Origin: Paecilomyces variotii
Taxonomy: Eukaryota
DNA length: 64,000 nt
Assembly: GCA_004022145.1 (NCBI GenBank)
Contig: RCNU01000008.1
Strand: one strand, 5' to 3'
The notes under the pieces were generated by a model that was not told the origin of the DNA, ran no database searches, and was given only the letters and a program-made list of their open reading frames with translations. Shown here in pieces: positions 27,117 to 40,018 of this stretch (positions are counted from its first letter, which is position 1; each line of letters starts with the position of its first letter). The position numbers and the translations under genes are program-made.

Positions 27117-28033
27117 ATGTTCCAACGCGAATTATCGGACGACGAAGTGATCGAATATTGTCTATCTTGCGATGAGAGTCAACTCCTCGGAGGAGGAAAG
27201 TATGGCAACCGGATTGTCAGAATCTCCGATACACAAGTGGTTAAGTTTGGTCGGGGTGTTTCATACTATGAAGCGGTCAATCAACAGAGGGCACTGGAGA
27301 TTGTAGATCCTCAGATTGTGAAAATCCCCCGAGTTCAAAGGTTTTTCAATGACAGCGATGGGTGGGGATACATGGTGATGGAATTCATCAAGGGTGAAAT
27401 CCTCCAGTCACTCACTAAATCCCACATCGAGAAAGTGGCCATTATCCTTCAGCATTTCAGCACCATCACAAGCAACGTCGCAGGAAGTCTTAGTGGAGGA
27501 CCCTCAACAGGCCTCCTCTGGCCGGAAACAAATGATCTGATCATTAACAGCGTATCCGACATCGAAGATTGGTTCAATAGTCGACTTTTTCCAGCTCAAG
27601 GCCTGGGTCAGGTCACTCTCCAACACTGCGAATTGGTCCTCTGTCATCTTGACATTTCCCCTAGAAACATCATCTGGCAGGACGACGGTACTGTGTATTT
27701 CTTGGACTGGGCCAGCGCCGGATTCTATCCTCGATTACTTGAATTTGTCAGCCAGTGGATTGTCGAAGGCAAAGATGGAGCTTTCCATACTATGCTGCTA
27801 CAGGCCATGGCTCCGCTGTCAGAGGTCGACATGGAACAGAAGGCACCAATCTGCCAGGCCTTATATAACAACCAGAAGTACTCATTGTCAGTATACACCT
27901 CTTTCCTCTTATTCTCTCCGAATAACTGGCTGAATTATGCCTTAGCCATAAACTGGACCCTGAACCTCTGTTTATATATCCTGTTCCTCTACTTCCGAGG
28001 CTAGCCGAAGTCAGTGAGTCACGGTTGAAATGA
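27117..28033 (+). CDS. Aminoglycoside-phosphotransferase/choline-kinase-like (APH) protein; probable intron ~27886-27945
   Basis: VVKFG, YMVMEFIKG, Brenner motif HLDISPRNII, LDWASAGFYP. Confidence 0.8.
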
Positions 28034-28347
28034 TAGGCAGTGCGAGGGAGGACTTGCAGGGTCTTGTTGATTATGATATTTCCCAGGGGTAGATGAAAGT
28101 CGCTTAAGGTCTTGATTGGGCATATTTATCTCCCACAATCTGGTATGGGCAAGAGATATGGATCTCAAACTTCTATAGTAAAGTTGGGATAATAAAAATA
28201 TATGTAACAAATCAAAGACGAAAGGTTCGCGCCAATGAAAGGCTCTATAATAGTCTAGAGGACATTATCCACATTGTTGACAAGGGACTGGGGTTATTGG
28301 GTCCAATCCCCGATTTTTCTCTCGTAGTTGCTGCTCCTGACGTGCAG

Positions 28348-29320
28348 TCAAGCAGTCTCGAAGGTATCAGCCATATACCCCACCGACGCTCTCACCACTT
28401 GCATAATAACCCTCGTTTCCTCCTCCGTCCTAGGCGCATAAAGCAAGACATACTCCTTCGGAACCGTCCATCCAACAACGTACTTTGCCAACTTGACCCC
28501 ATCCAACGGATGGCGCTGACCCCAACCCGACTCAATAACCCTCTTACAATCCTGTGGCGCCAGAACCACATGTACGGAATAATCGCCCGTGGCGTGGATA
28601 TTGGAGACTTCGCGCAGCATTTCCTTCGCGACGGGGGCGCCGGGTACGTCATCTGCTAGGAAGATGCTTTGTGTATGGCCTTCATGGAGAGAGGGGCGGA
28701 ATTGGATTATGGATGGGTTGGAGGTGACGAGATTGTTGAATTCGGATTTGAGGAGCTATATATATATTCGGCAAGACTTTAGTGATTTTCTTTTCTTTTC
28801 TTGTCTTTTTTTCTTGTCAGGAAATCGATGCATGAATGAAACCCGAGAAGAAGAAGAAGAAGACAAAAATGAATCGTGTAATATGGTATGGTTTGGAAAC
28901 ATATGTACAAACATACCTCCTTACACCCTTCCTCCGGAAGCTGATCCAACTGCCTCTGCGACAACGGATGCGGTCCCAATCGTGGCCTCTGCCCCCGCTC
29001 ATATGGCGGCCACTTGGACGATAACCATTTCCTCTTATCTGGATTCTGATCATAAGATCTGTACTGAAGACTTCTGTACCGCAAAGTCGTAGAATGCAGC
29101 TGGAAATGAACCAGCCGCGGATATTGTATGGGAGACCACCGGGGCCGTAACTGAGGTAGATTTTGTAGTCGCGATAGGCGGCGAGCGTGACGTTGATGAA
29201 GACGATACTGCCGATGGAGAGGATGGCGATGGTTTGATTAGATAGGGAGCGCAATGATGGGGAGGAGGAGGGGAGTAAGTAGGGTTGGAGTTTCTGTGGT
29301 GTTAAGGACATGGTTGTCAT
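28348..29320 (-). pseudogene. Luciferase-like/DUF5519-type protein with an N-terminal TM helix; apparent 1-nt deletion at ~29054
   Basis: DYKIYLSYGPGGLPYN, RPRLGPHPLSQRQLDQ, IHATGDYSVHVVLAPQD..VIESGWGQRHPL, LLYAPRTEEE; frame break with no usable intron. Confidence 0.7.
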
Positions 29321-30136
29321 CTGTTTGTTGGATAGTATATATCGATAGTGTATATATATCTACGAATCCAGATCAGTAGTTAACTATTCATAGATGGATT
29401 AACAAACCCCTAAACTAGAAAAAAAAAAAAAATACAGTAAGAAGCAAAAGAAAAAGTAAGCTACGGAACGCGGAGCTCTAACTCTATCATCGACTTAGCT
29501 TTCCGTCATTATCATTATCCTTTCTTGGGTCCGTTATTGGAGGATCGAAAGAAGCTCACAACTATTGACGCGAGGTGACGTAGGGTAAGCGGAAGAAGAT
29601 ACGTAGAGTTTCTACTTATGAAACGTCAGATGCATCATGGTAATTATTGGTAAGCCGACTTCTTTGAACCTCTCTTCGGATATATGTTTGTATAGAGCAA
29701 GATATATTTATCCGGACGAGATTAGGTCAGGAGAATTACTTGATAGAGACACTTTTTTCGGTATAAAAAGAAATATTGTTATTGATACCGAGTATTATCT
29801 CTGCATATGCACAGTTGAAACAGTGTACCCAGAGCGGATCTCTTAATATGAGATAAAATACCCTTTTGAAACGTGTCATTCCACTTCGACTATGCTCAGT
29901 GCGGAGAACTCAAGCTACAAGTTGAATGAAGAATCCAGTCTTGCTTGTAATGATTTGTATGATTCATTATTAAGTCTTCGTAACCTAGCTAGGTACCTAA
30001 CTAGCTATCACGAGTTAGGGTTCTTACTAACGGTACTTCCGGTTTTGCGGAAAGCTAGTTATATTACTGAAGATACTCCATGCCTCCTTGCCAAAGCGAA
30101 ATCTTTTTCAAAGATCTTGTGCTGCGCATCCTATCT

Positions 30137-31260
30137 TTAGACACCTTCGAACCACTTGTGTGCTAATGCCTCGCGGGCTGTGATCCTCCTTTCCGCATCA
30201 AAATTGGTCATGCCACAAATAAGACTTTTAAAATCATCATCCACACCGTCCCAAAGGGAAAAGGGTCTGCGCGGGTTGTTTTCACTAAAACCATTCCAAG
30301 TTACTTGAAAAACGTCAACCCAGGGACTGTCTCCAAGCAATTTCAAGAACTCTTTCAATCCATCTTCATCTGCAAAGTATGAGAGTTGGCGTTCAATCAC
30401 AATAGCCAAGCGCTCCACGCCCTCTTCCAGTTCATCTTCCCCCACGGCAAAGATGACGCGCTTATGCATCGCGTAAATGCACTATATGGATAGTGATAAG
30501 CCCCTAGAATCGAAAAAAATTGATAGGATTAGAAATCGACAGCAAACTTACAACAAGAGCAAAAGAGAAAATGTCAGATGGTTTATTCACAGATCCTCCT
30601 GCGTGGGCTTCAGGACTCCTCCACATCCAGTTGCCCGGCTGTTTTCCAATCATATGTGATCCAGGAGGAATATAGGCGGCATCTTCAAGATCCCCAAGAT
30701 GGACACGCTCGATAGTAATCCCATCCTGGTCACGTTTCCAGTCGATGAAAACATTATCCGCCTTGATATCTATCCAAAATAAGTCACCGCTCATAGTTCT
30801 GCAAAGGGTTGAGCCTACCTGTATGGACAATGTCTTGATCATGGAGTTCTGCAATTCCTCGAAGGGTATCTTTGAGGATCCTCTTTTTAACATCAAGGGG
30901 CAAATCCTCCCGAGCAAGGTGTAAGAGATGATCTGCGAAGTACTCAAAAACAAATATCGATCTCTCAGGGATGGTGTCTTGTGCGAGACGGACATGGCTA
31001 GCACCACTACGTAGTAGGCGGTTATTGATGCCTTGAAGGTCTGTGAGATTAGCCGGTTGAATGTACTTCAGTATAAACTTTTGGTTGCCGTCACTGAGAA
31101 AGCATTTAGTCGGTAATTGCGAGGAGTAATTAGCGCCAACTCACCTTGCAAGGTAAACCTGGAGTAGAGGAGATGTTTCCTTCCGAAGGACACCCTCGAT
31201 CTTGTAATTACGACCAGACTGGCCGATGTACCCCTGGGGGTTTACCGGGGTAGTCGACAT
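30137..31260 (-). CDS. Atypical Ser/Thr protein kinase (3 introns); may start further upstream at 31401
   Basis: FILK, IVHT|DIKADN catalytic loop, DLED in place of DFG, WRSPEAH, SDIFSF, RRITAREALAHKWF; exons splice in frame. Confidence 0.85.
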
Positions 31261-33212
31261 TGTATTTACTCTGCGTTGTTGAAGGGTAGTTTTTGGTAAA
31301 GTGGATTTGCAGTTGGAAAGTTTCGGCGTCATAAGATTGAAATATGCCCGATTTCTGAAAGAGCGAACAGCTAACAAAAAGAGGGAACCTTTTGGCAGCA
31401 TTAGGGGCAACCGATCTGAAGATAATCGTGAGGCTCATGGGATGTTGCTAGTACTCGAGCAATAATGCAAGAAATTGGGCTGGCAGATTCACTTCAGATT
31501 ATTCTCATTTGACTATCAATATCAGCATTCTAGTTCTATTTGCTTCACACAGCGAGGATGGACCTGCCAGATAATGAGTATTTCATTTGAAAGAGGTTTA
31601 TCTTGTAGGTCTATCTCTCGTGCGCCTGTACACGGATTACTAGCGATCCTACGGCACTGAGCGCCAATAATAACCAAGAAAAATAATGCCGGTAGTAAGG
31701 TCACCTGAGTATCCAAGAGCAGAAAGCGGTATATAAACACGTGACTTTAATAGGACCAATTAGAAAAAGGCTTGGCACAGTAGCGTAAAAGGAAATCGGA
31801 GCCCCGGCGATCCGGAGTTCCGTTTCCTCTGGCCAATGACCGATTCGGGACTCCGTGTGCATCCTACCTAATGCTCGATTTTATGCATTTTCTAATACTT
31901 TCTGGAAATAGTTATGCGTCGCTCGGGAATCGGCTCGGACGATCTGCATGGAATGTCTGTCGAACAGGATCGTCGACAATAATACTCGATAAAACGCAAG
32001 AACAAAAAAAAATAATAATAAAGAGAAATGGGGACTCTCAAGCACATGCAGAATACGAACAAGACGTCGTTTCCGCTGACTATTCAGCATTGTCATTGGA
32101 CAAAGCCACTTTCGAGCCTGACCAGGGATTCAGGCATCGCATCGATTGTCAATGGTGGCCCTCCATTCCGTTTCGGGAAGTAGGCTGTTAAATGGATGTA
32201 TGTACAGTACAAAGCGTACCTAGATAGCTGTCCTCTGGACAACTGGACTGCAAAGTCAACACGTAAGAGATGACTGTCAGCGTTTTCGGGACCTCTGGCC
32301 GGAGATGTCAGAACCTTTTTATTCTGACAAGGTGATTCAACCTGCGGTCATACCGATGATGATTCGACAGTGTCACAACCTTGCAGCAGAGTAGAGAGCA
32401 TCGCAGGGACAGCAAAATGGTCATCGCGACGATCTTATCCATCGGCTTAGATAGGGCTGATCCACTGCACTCTTGCTCTCTCACCTGACTATATTATTAC
32501 TATATACAATAATGCCCGTAGCGGTGTCTTTTTCGATATACTGTACTACCAGGGGTCGAAAGAGTTCGAGCAGTGCGCCTTGGCATAATCTAAGGGCAGA
32601 TTTCCTGATACGCACATCTCCGGGTTCTCCCTTCAGAAGAAAAGCAATCAGCGATAATTAATGGTCGGTAAGTTATAGGATGACTTGTCATTTAATTGTC
32701 CTCCGGCTGTCCCGGAAAGGCTGGCAACGGAAGACGGAAGGAAACAGAGAGCGAGGCCGACAGACGAGCGATCGACCACAACAAGCATGAGATGATATTA
32801 CTCTCTCTATTCGACCGTCTTTCTGCGTGTCAACAGATGGATCTGCAGTGTTTGGACGAACAGGAATACGTCGACTGGAGGTCTTTGCTTCATCAAGAAA
32901 GAAAGAAAGAAAAAAAAACAGATAAAACCAAGGACGAGATCGATGATGTCAAAGAGAGCCCCGGAGCGGCGTTACGTCAGCCCCCGATCAGCCGGTCCAG
33001 CCTTGGCCTTTTTTTACTTGCGTCGAGTTAGTTAATTGACGATTATATTAATTAAAACACTGCCCGACATGGCCATCCGGTCCTAGGGCGTCTATCTTTT
33101 CGAAAAAGCCTTAATCGACAATTTCGCCTTCCTACCAGTATCAACCCCCTCGAGCAAATCATGCCCCTCGCCGTTTGAGCCTCTGTCGCCCGCCACATCG
33201 AACACGCCCTCC

Positions 33213-34610
33213 ATGGATGAAGAAGGGGCGGTGCATCATTCGGATGTCCCTCCGCCACTGCCATACTCCCTGCGAGATCGAAAGAAATCGATAGCCTTCT
33301 TCTGGACCATTTTTGTAATCGACACTCTCGCCCAACCGCTGATCCTCTACTATACATTATGGTACCTGACGCCTCTATCTCACAACCTGGGTATGATTTG
33401 GGAACAATGGCCTCTGACGGGTACGAATCGATTGCTGACCCATGGATAGTCTTCTCCATCAGTACCGCCTGCCTGGGCGGAGTCTCCGTCTTCGAATACT
33501 TTTATCGGTTCTACAACCTGTTTAGGAAGGGTTCAAAGGCCAGGCCGCTGAATGCACGGCGATCATGGGTACGTTTGGCATACAAATCCATTCAAAGGGA
33601 TAAGCCGTTGACGGAATTCTAGCTGGACTTTTTCCACATCAACTTCACCATCGTATGGCTGATCCTGGCCGTCGAGCTGATAGTGTAGGTGAAACGTGCT
33701 CTGCGATTCCATTGCGACAACCGGTTGCTAACACACACCCATAGTGGAACCTCCGCTACAGAGCCTTACAGTGAGCATTCGCCGAGTTTGCAATTGGTTC
33801 GAGAAAAGGTATTCTAACCAATTGACAGTCCGCTTGTTGGCCATGCCTCTGCCTACGGTGATGTACTACTTTGGCGCCGTTCATCTCTCCCTCGATATCC
33901 TGCGGATGCGCGGCTATAAAGCCCCCTTCCGCATCTCGTCCACGCCACGAGGGTCCCCCATGCCCACTGCTCTTTACGTCCTTATCGAAGACATCGTCGC
34001 AGTCGACGGCGGAGGTGGTCAGAAATATCGATACGCACTGCGCACACGGTACCTTTCCAGTCCATACTTCCGGCATATGCTGTTTGAGATGAATTGCTTC
34101 TGGGCAGGAGGTTCCCTTATTTTTGCTGGAGCTATCACTGCCATTGTTTTCACCACCCCTAGAAATGTCGCGTACACTGTGAGTCAATCCATCTATGGAC
34201 TTCCCCACGACGAAATACTAACTGCTCTGCAGCTAGGCTGGGCCTTGCCGTTTGCCTGGGCAGGTGTTTGGACGGCTATTACCATTCCCTGGGTTCAGTC
34301 TGATCTCCGGCGCGAGAAAGCAGCTTGGGCGGAGCACCGTGGTCTTGGTGGCATCCCTTACACTGACGATATCAACGCCCCCACCCCTCCTACTCGTTTC
34401 GAATCCGTTCAGGACCGGTTGAGCTTTCTACCTTTCCATCGTGAGAAGCAGTCTGCACCGACCTCATCGGATGACCGAGAAGATGGCCCTTCGAGAGATG
34501 ACATGGATGGACAGGTTGACGATAAAGACACTGAGCAGTCGCACGAATTGCAAACACAGCATACTCACCGAGATCAGCAACCGCATCAGGAGCAACAGGC
34601 GCAGTCATAG
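33213..34610 (+). CDS. Multi-pass membrane protein of unknown function (several introns)
   Basis: Several hydrophobic segments, IEDIVAVDGGGG..YRYALRTRYLSSPYFR motif, GT..AG introns between the ORF pieces. Confidence 0.78.
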
Positions 34611-35549
34611 TACCTTTGATCGTTATTACCATGTTCTTGATACCCCCCATTTCCCCCGCGGATGGTGTTCGTTGAGCTATTAAGGCCCAGTCAATAATTT
34701 TTTTCCCCTTGATGATACGATATTTACGATTGATATGTTCCATGTTCTACACCCGCTGTAGCCCATTCCCTTTCTAATCTATTCCCATCATAAGGTTTGC
34801 CTTCTGAAGAATGTGTTGATATATATATATCTATACATTTGGTTCTATCAAATCAGCATGGGCGATGCCTGATTCTTGGATTCTTCATCAAAACACTGCA
34901 ATACCCTTCCATGAAGGCACCATATCTTTCTCCCTAAACCATGTACTATATATACTACGCTATTATGTTTCACGCTGATGTAACCCCCTTGCATACGGCA
35001 ACTAGGTGAACTGGTCAACCAGACCACGAATGAAGAATTCATTTTAACGCTTCGAGCGCAAAAATTACTATGATTTAAAAACTGTCTTGATTGAATCTTT
35101 CTTTTTAACATTATTTTCCTTCCCATATATTCGACTCTCGTTGGCCACTATGCATTTTATACACAAAAGCGCCCCCGCAGGAAGATCTTAATTCCTTATG
35201 TCAAACGCCAGTGCCGGTAAAAGTATGCAGTCAAGCCAAGACCCATAGATCGAAACACTGGAGGTTTGCCTCCGACAAGTCGTAGCAATAGATAACGATG
35301 ATAATAATCAGAAGAAGGGTATTCTCGTGGATACAAGAGTAGAGGAAATGCAAAAAAGGGCACATGATAAGTAAAAGAAGAGGTGGGCCGCCGGGCGAAA
35401 TAAAAAAAATATATCAACAGCGATGCGATGACGGGCCCTGAGTGAAAATGACAAACCACAGTCGAAAGAGATGGCGTAGGTATATACAACAAGAGGTAGA
35501 TGGGAATGGCCACATTATCAATCACCAAAGTGCATATCTTGACTTTGAA

Positions 35550-37424
35550 TCACACAGAGAACCCAAGATTGTCCCGATTATCGTCGACTAAACGTCCATA
35601 TCTGAGATATATGGGTCAGTAAAAAGAAAAGAAAAAACTAGATGCGAAGGTCTGGTTTGCAATCAAGGGAGAAAAGGGGCCCGCTTACTCTAATAATAGC
35701 CTGAAAAACCAAGCTTCAAGATCAATGTTCCGTAACGCTTTCTCTGCCCACTCTTTGCCCTGTTTGGCTAATCGCGGACCCTGTATTCTCCCCTCCTCTT
35801 CGGCAATGAAATAGCGCACACTCTCGACATATTCGTCGCCGTTCGTACTCAAGGGCACATAGTGTACCCACGGTTTCAACCATTCGTCGTGCCATTCACG
35901 GAAGACGGAAAGCTTGTAGACTAAGCTGTTGCTCAGCAAGAAAGCATAGTAACGACCGCTGAAGGCGTTGCCATCAATGTCCACCAGGTACTTGTAAGCC
36001 CAGGCGTCCTGTTGGCCTGCAGGTTTGACAACCTCGAAGAACTCCCGCTGCGCTGCGCAGTCGTCAGGATCACATTGGCCGATAAAGGTGAACTTGACAT
36101 CGAACCAATCGCTATAGTCCCTACGACGAATCCTCTTCGCGGCCCATTTGTCTTCCTCGTTTTTCTCAAGAACAAGCGTAGTATCGGGGGCGTTGATCTT
36201 CTTAACAAACTGCTGTCGGTGCTGTCTTCGCCAGCCGCCCCCTCGAGAGAATCCTCCGGTTGTTGACCCCCTCCAGTACAGCTTGTCCTTTTTGGCATCC
36301 CAATCGAAATCCTTCCTTGCTTCATAGGGGACCTTCTCAATCCAGTACCACGGACTGGGGTACAATATGTCCTGAAAACTGGAGATCTTGCTCTGCGAAA
36401 ACACCGGGAACAAGTCGTGAACAATATCGAATGCGTTCGGTCGGTCAAAGAATCCAAAAGTATTCCTGAGGGATGGTGACAGGCAGATGTCGGAGAAAGC
36501 AGTGGTATTGTAGATGAAGCCGAGCTCGCCGTAGCCGTACGCGGTAACATTGTCGGACTGATTCTCGTCGAGCGAACGGGCCGGACTGTCGACGGGGCAC
36601 GAAATCCGCGAATTCGTCCACGTAGGCTGGTGAGCAAAGCGGTTGAAACGCGTTGTGCGGACCTCCTCGATCCGATCGCCTTTATTCACATCTGCTGGCC
36701 TCGAGGACCACGAATTCCTCGGGGGCACGTTTTTAGAGGCGGACACTTCGATCCGGTTCGTAGCAATGTTCACCAGTCTCTGCAGATCCTCGTTCGCTAG
36801 GATGACACGCGGCTCGTCGTGAGTATTAAAGACCAGGTCCATATCAGGGAGGTATTCAATGAACTTTTCCATCATGTGGACAGTCGCATCCCGCTGCCAC
36901 TTGCGCCCATCTCCGCCTCCCTCGACCTTAGTGACTTTACCGTTTCTGATCAGGAGACCGATCATGGCATTGTCAAATCCCAACGTCTCCCGCGCTCGGT
37001 CACGAATCGTTTTCGGGTCCAGAGCCCAGAAGGGCAGCAGGGAGTTGTAAATCGTATCATAATCGTCAATGATCTGCACATCATGCCTTTTGGCAAACTC
37101 GAACCACTTGTCGAAATGCGGCGGAGGATACATGCGATAGCGGCGACGGTATTCCTGGACAGCCTCCTCTAGAGTGGAGGACTGGCGCGAGCGCTGTGCA
37201 CTGAATTTAGCGTCGCCATCCTCGATGAGTTTGGCAATGGGGTGCGACTTCTCCGATGGCGGAGGCAGCAGAGACTTGAAATTGGGCGGCAAACTGTTCT
37301 CGAATGGCTCGCTGCCGGTGAAGTCGAAGGAGCTCTCGACGGCGGACGGGCCCTTGATCAGAATGATGGACAGGCCGACTAAGGTGATCACCCCCAGCAA
37401 GACGACAAGCCGTTGCAGGCGCAT
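35550..37424 (-). CDS. Glycosyltransferase family 90 (Cap10/Cxt1-like beta-1,2-xylosyltransferase); one 3' intron
   Basis: N-terminal TM anchor, EYRRRYRMYPPPHFDKWF, LPDMDLVFNTHDEPRV, WRGSTTGG, YKYLVDIDGNAFSGRY, last exon YGRLVDDNR. Confidence 0.9.
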
Positions 37425-37578
37425 CCTGCCATCAGGTTCTCTAGAGCACGATGGACAGAGGAGGCATAAGAGCGAGCGAGAACAGCTGGGACCAGGACAC
37501 CATGAGCTAGAGCGTCAGAGTGTCGTGTGTATCCAGCCGATTGCAGAAAAGAAACTTCCTGGAGAGAAGCGGAAGAGA

Positions 37579-37582
<4 letters not shown>

Positions 37583-37612
<30 letters not shown>
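37583..37612. repeat. (GA)n microsatellite, ~15 units, upstream of the GT90 gene
   Basis: Direct reading. Confidence 0.95.
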
Positions 37613-37616
<4 letters not shown>

Positions 37617-38161
37617 AGTTGAGTTGCGTGTTGCTTGCTAACCTTGTTCTGTTACGGAGCCACGGGTACGCCAATAATGAGGCCAAGTTGACCTGTCCAC
37701 CCGATTTCGGCCACGATCCGTCTGCTTCTCAAGGAAAAAGGCTGTGAATTATGATAATCAACTATCATCGTACTCTAGATACCCTAGAGTAGACGCTTGC
37801 TCGACGATCGCAGGGGGCCGCCGTCCTGGTACATTCCTCGCTCTTGTTCTGCGAGCGGCAACTTTATCTCGATCATCCTTCGCCAAACGGTGACTAAACC
37901 CAACGCGGTCCAGGCCCTTGGTTAGTTGGTGGATCTTTTGCGTGTCTCAACCACGAGGCAAAACTCCCGCTAGACTAGGGGATAGGATCCCATTCCTGCT
38001 CGTGTCATAATCATATAGACAAGATCGATGGGCGGCTTCGGCAGAAGACAGGACCGCGTCCCTCTCCGCGCTTGATATACACGGGCTTTCCGATGGCATA
38101 CCATATACAAAACTCCAAAAAGGGCGTTCAACGTTTCACCACTACTGCATCTAGAAGAATC

Positions 38162-39171
38162 TTAACCGAGATGCTTGGCACTGCTGCCCCTTTTGCCTGC
38201 ACTCTTGCCTGCATCCATTGCCCAGCAGCATCCCACACTGATCACAAAAGCTCCCAGAGATTCCAGGACGAAAGTCCGTGCGTAGACCACATGAAAATAT
38301 GCAGCTGCAAGCAATCCAGCCACGGAAAGCAGATGTACTACGTAGAACGTCCGTCGTCTCTTGCTTACAACACGGGTTGCCCCCGGTCTCTGCGCCATGG
38401 GACGTCTAACGAACAAGATACAGACAGCCAATACGAGGCCCGCAATGCCGTACTGGACATCGGAATCTCGGACACGCTTGACGAGGAGGGTCCCAAAGTC
38501 AGGGTGGCCCGATTGAGCAAAGAATGACAGGTACAAAACAGCATGAGCGAAAAGAAGAGGCAAGATGATCAATCGGCCGAAGAGACGATGGTAGGGCGAC
38601 AATGCTGGCTGAGGTATCGATGTCACGATGGACAGGATTGACGGCAGTCCTGGATTCGACGTGAACATGAAGGAGACTGGCGACAGCAGGGTCTGAAAGG
38701 GCAGTTGGGAGAGTGCAACATGACCCAGTGACTTGGTCAGGTGAAGATAATCTGTGAATCATATCCTTTTCAGTACAATGCGTTTCTCATCCTCATCATT
38801 TCGGCTTCATATCATGCGTTCTCCACCTGTAATTGCAACAGAAACAATAGATTGAATCATAACCTACCATTTCCGGTTTTCCAGACCGACAGCGTCAATA
38901 ACAATGCAAGCCAGGACAGAATCAGCAGATACTGCTTTCGCGTCTCCTTCCACCCTTGGACAGGCGGTGAATTCCACCAGGATATACCCCGTTTCTTGGG
39001 TTCCGGTCGAACAGAGCGTTTCTTCGAAAGACGCGCATAGAGACTGATAAAAAGAGCCATGGCAAGTGTCGAGTACTGAGCGTAGTGACCACGAATAGTC
39101 AGTACATCCCGACGTTGTTGTACTTCAGCAGGTGAAAGAGAGACAAAGTGATACGGCCACGATAGAGGCAT
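38162..39171 (-). CDS. Ferric-reductase-like transmembrane protein (TM domain only); intron ~38752-38867
   Basis: DYLHLTKSLGHVALSQLP, PYHRLFGR, FAHAVLY, FYVVHLL, YFHV heme-ligand His pairs. Confidence 0.8.
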
Positions 39172-40018
39172 GTTGAATTGGTTTATTTCTTGTGGAAGTA
39201 TCCAATCTATAGACCACTGATAACCGTGTTAGGTTCCCAATGCCTATTGCTTCGGTGAGAGAGACGAGGTCATCCAAGTAATTGCAAAAGAGTCATATAT
39301 GGATGAAAAGAGAATGACTTCTTTGTGACTGACAAGGAAGGGGTTTAATTGTCAACAATAATGGCTTCTGACAACACAGAAGAGAGACGGTGTCCGATAG
39401 AGCTGAGCTGACAAATTACCGTAGGCGATTGGACATTCCGGGAAAGTGGTCACGTTTACAAATACCCATTATGGCTTTTCAGTAGTTGTTGGACGCACTA
39501 TAAATTAGTTTTATTTATTTATTAATTTTTTGTCTTCATAGTTCACTGGATACTTCTGATATCGTAAATAATAATATGTCTTCAAGGCCTTGTTATCATA
39601 GCGATGATACATGTCTTACAACTGCCTATACTACTACTTCACAGTAATTGCAACATGTGGATCGTCTTGATCTTTGGCGGAGCATCCGAGCGCGACGCAG
39701 CATAGTTTACCGTAGAAGCCCTCTACTGTACGCTGGTTGCCCTCATGATACGTCGTGTCCTTGGCTGACGGGGTTGGTTTAGATGGGAAACGTTTTCATT
39801 GACGGTTTGGTCTCTACATATATCATTGGCAAAGAGAAACGCCACGAAGCATTTTTCGTCCCTGCAAAATGCTGATTATGTCTCTAACCTGACAAGAAGG
39901 TACACCTCCAATTTGCACCTGTAAGCAATGGCGCTCTTTCCCGTATCCACCGAGAATACACTTTCTACATCCGCAGCGGTGGGCGTCTAGTTGGAAGATA
40001 TTGTGCTCTGTGACAACC

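Noticed and set aside
15000..31450. Starship-type giant element carrying the accessory genes
   Set aside because: No DUF3435 tyrosine recombinase or identifiable boundaries; conserved housekeeping genes are interspersed
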